A stretch of DNA of 63,880 nucleotides, counting the filler, from Collodictyon triciliatum (lineage: Eukaryota): assembly GCA_043381765.1 (NCBI GenBank). It is 5 parts of 5 records of this genome, joined end to end, with 100 filler letters (N's around TTAATTAATTAA, not from the genome) between each part and the next. Parts side by side here need not be neighbours in the genome. Positions count along the whole stretch, not along the records: positions 57,306 to 63,880 come from JBHJMP010001981.1; 4 more parts are not named here. One strand, written 5' to 3'. The position numbers were made by a program, and so were the translations under genes. The notes beneath the pieces were generated by a model, which had not been told where the DNA came from, searched no databases, and was given only the letters and a program-made list of their open reading frames with translations. Positions 63,810 through 63,880 of this stretch are shown piece after piece. Position 1 is the stretch's first letter, and the number at the start of each line of letters is the position of its first letter.

Positions 63810-63880
<71 letters not shown>
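63810..63880 (+). repeat. Poly-T tract at window end
   Basis: Seen directly. Confidence 0.95.

Overview
AT-rich, intron-dense nuclear DNA from a eukaryote, probably a free-living protist; the species cannot be named from the sequence. It uses the standard genetic code and mostly GT-AG introns. The window is not one locus. Four identical 100-bp spacers (N44-TTAATTAATTAA-N44) join scaffolds of 14241, 14231, 14218 and 14215 bp plus a partial fifth, which looks like unplaced scaffolds concatenated by descending size. Manual exon splicing gives these genes. Scaffold 1: the 5' end of beta-tubulin, a sulfotransferase-GT14 glycosyltransferase fusion, and a MYSM1-like SWIRM+JAMM deubiquitinase. Scaffold 2: a PC4/Sub1-fold ssDNA-binding protein with a mitochondrial-type presequence, TMEM260, an RCC1-repeat protein with a Q/P-rich tail, and the 3' end of APEH. 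Scaffold 3: a FkbM/Methyltransf_22 methyltransferase, a TRIM-NHL protein with a split RING, mitoferrin, and an orphan gene. Scaffold 4: a LYR-like exon, BLM/Sgs1 RecQ helicase and NDC1. Scaffold 5: AP5Z1. No rRNA, tRNA, CRISPR array or transposon was recognised. The most interesting candidates are the putative mitochondrial PC4 protein, the sulfotransferase-GT14 fusion and the split-RING TRIM-NHL. All family assignments come from motif recognition by eye, not database searches.
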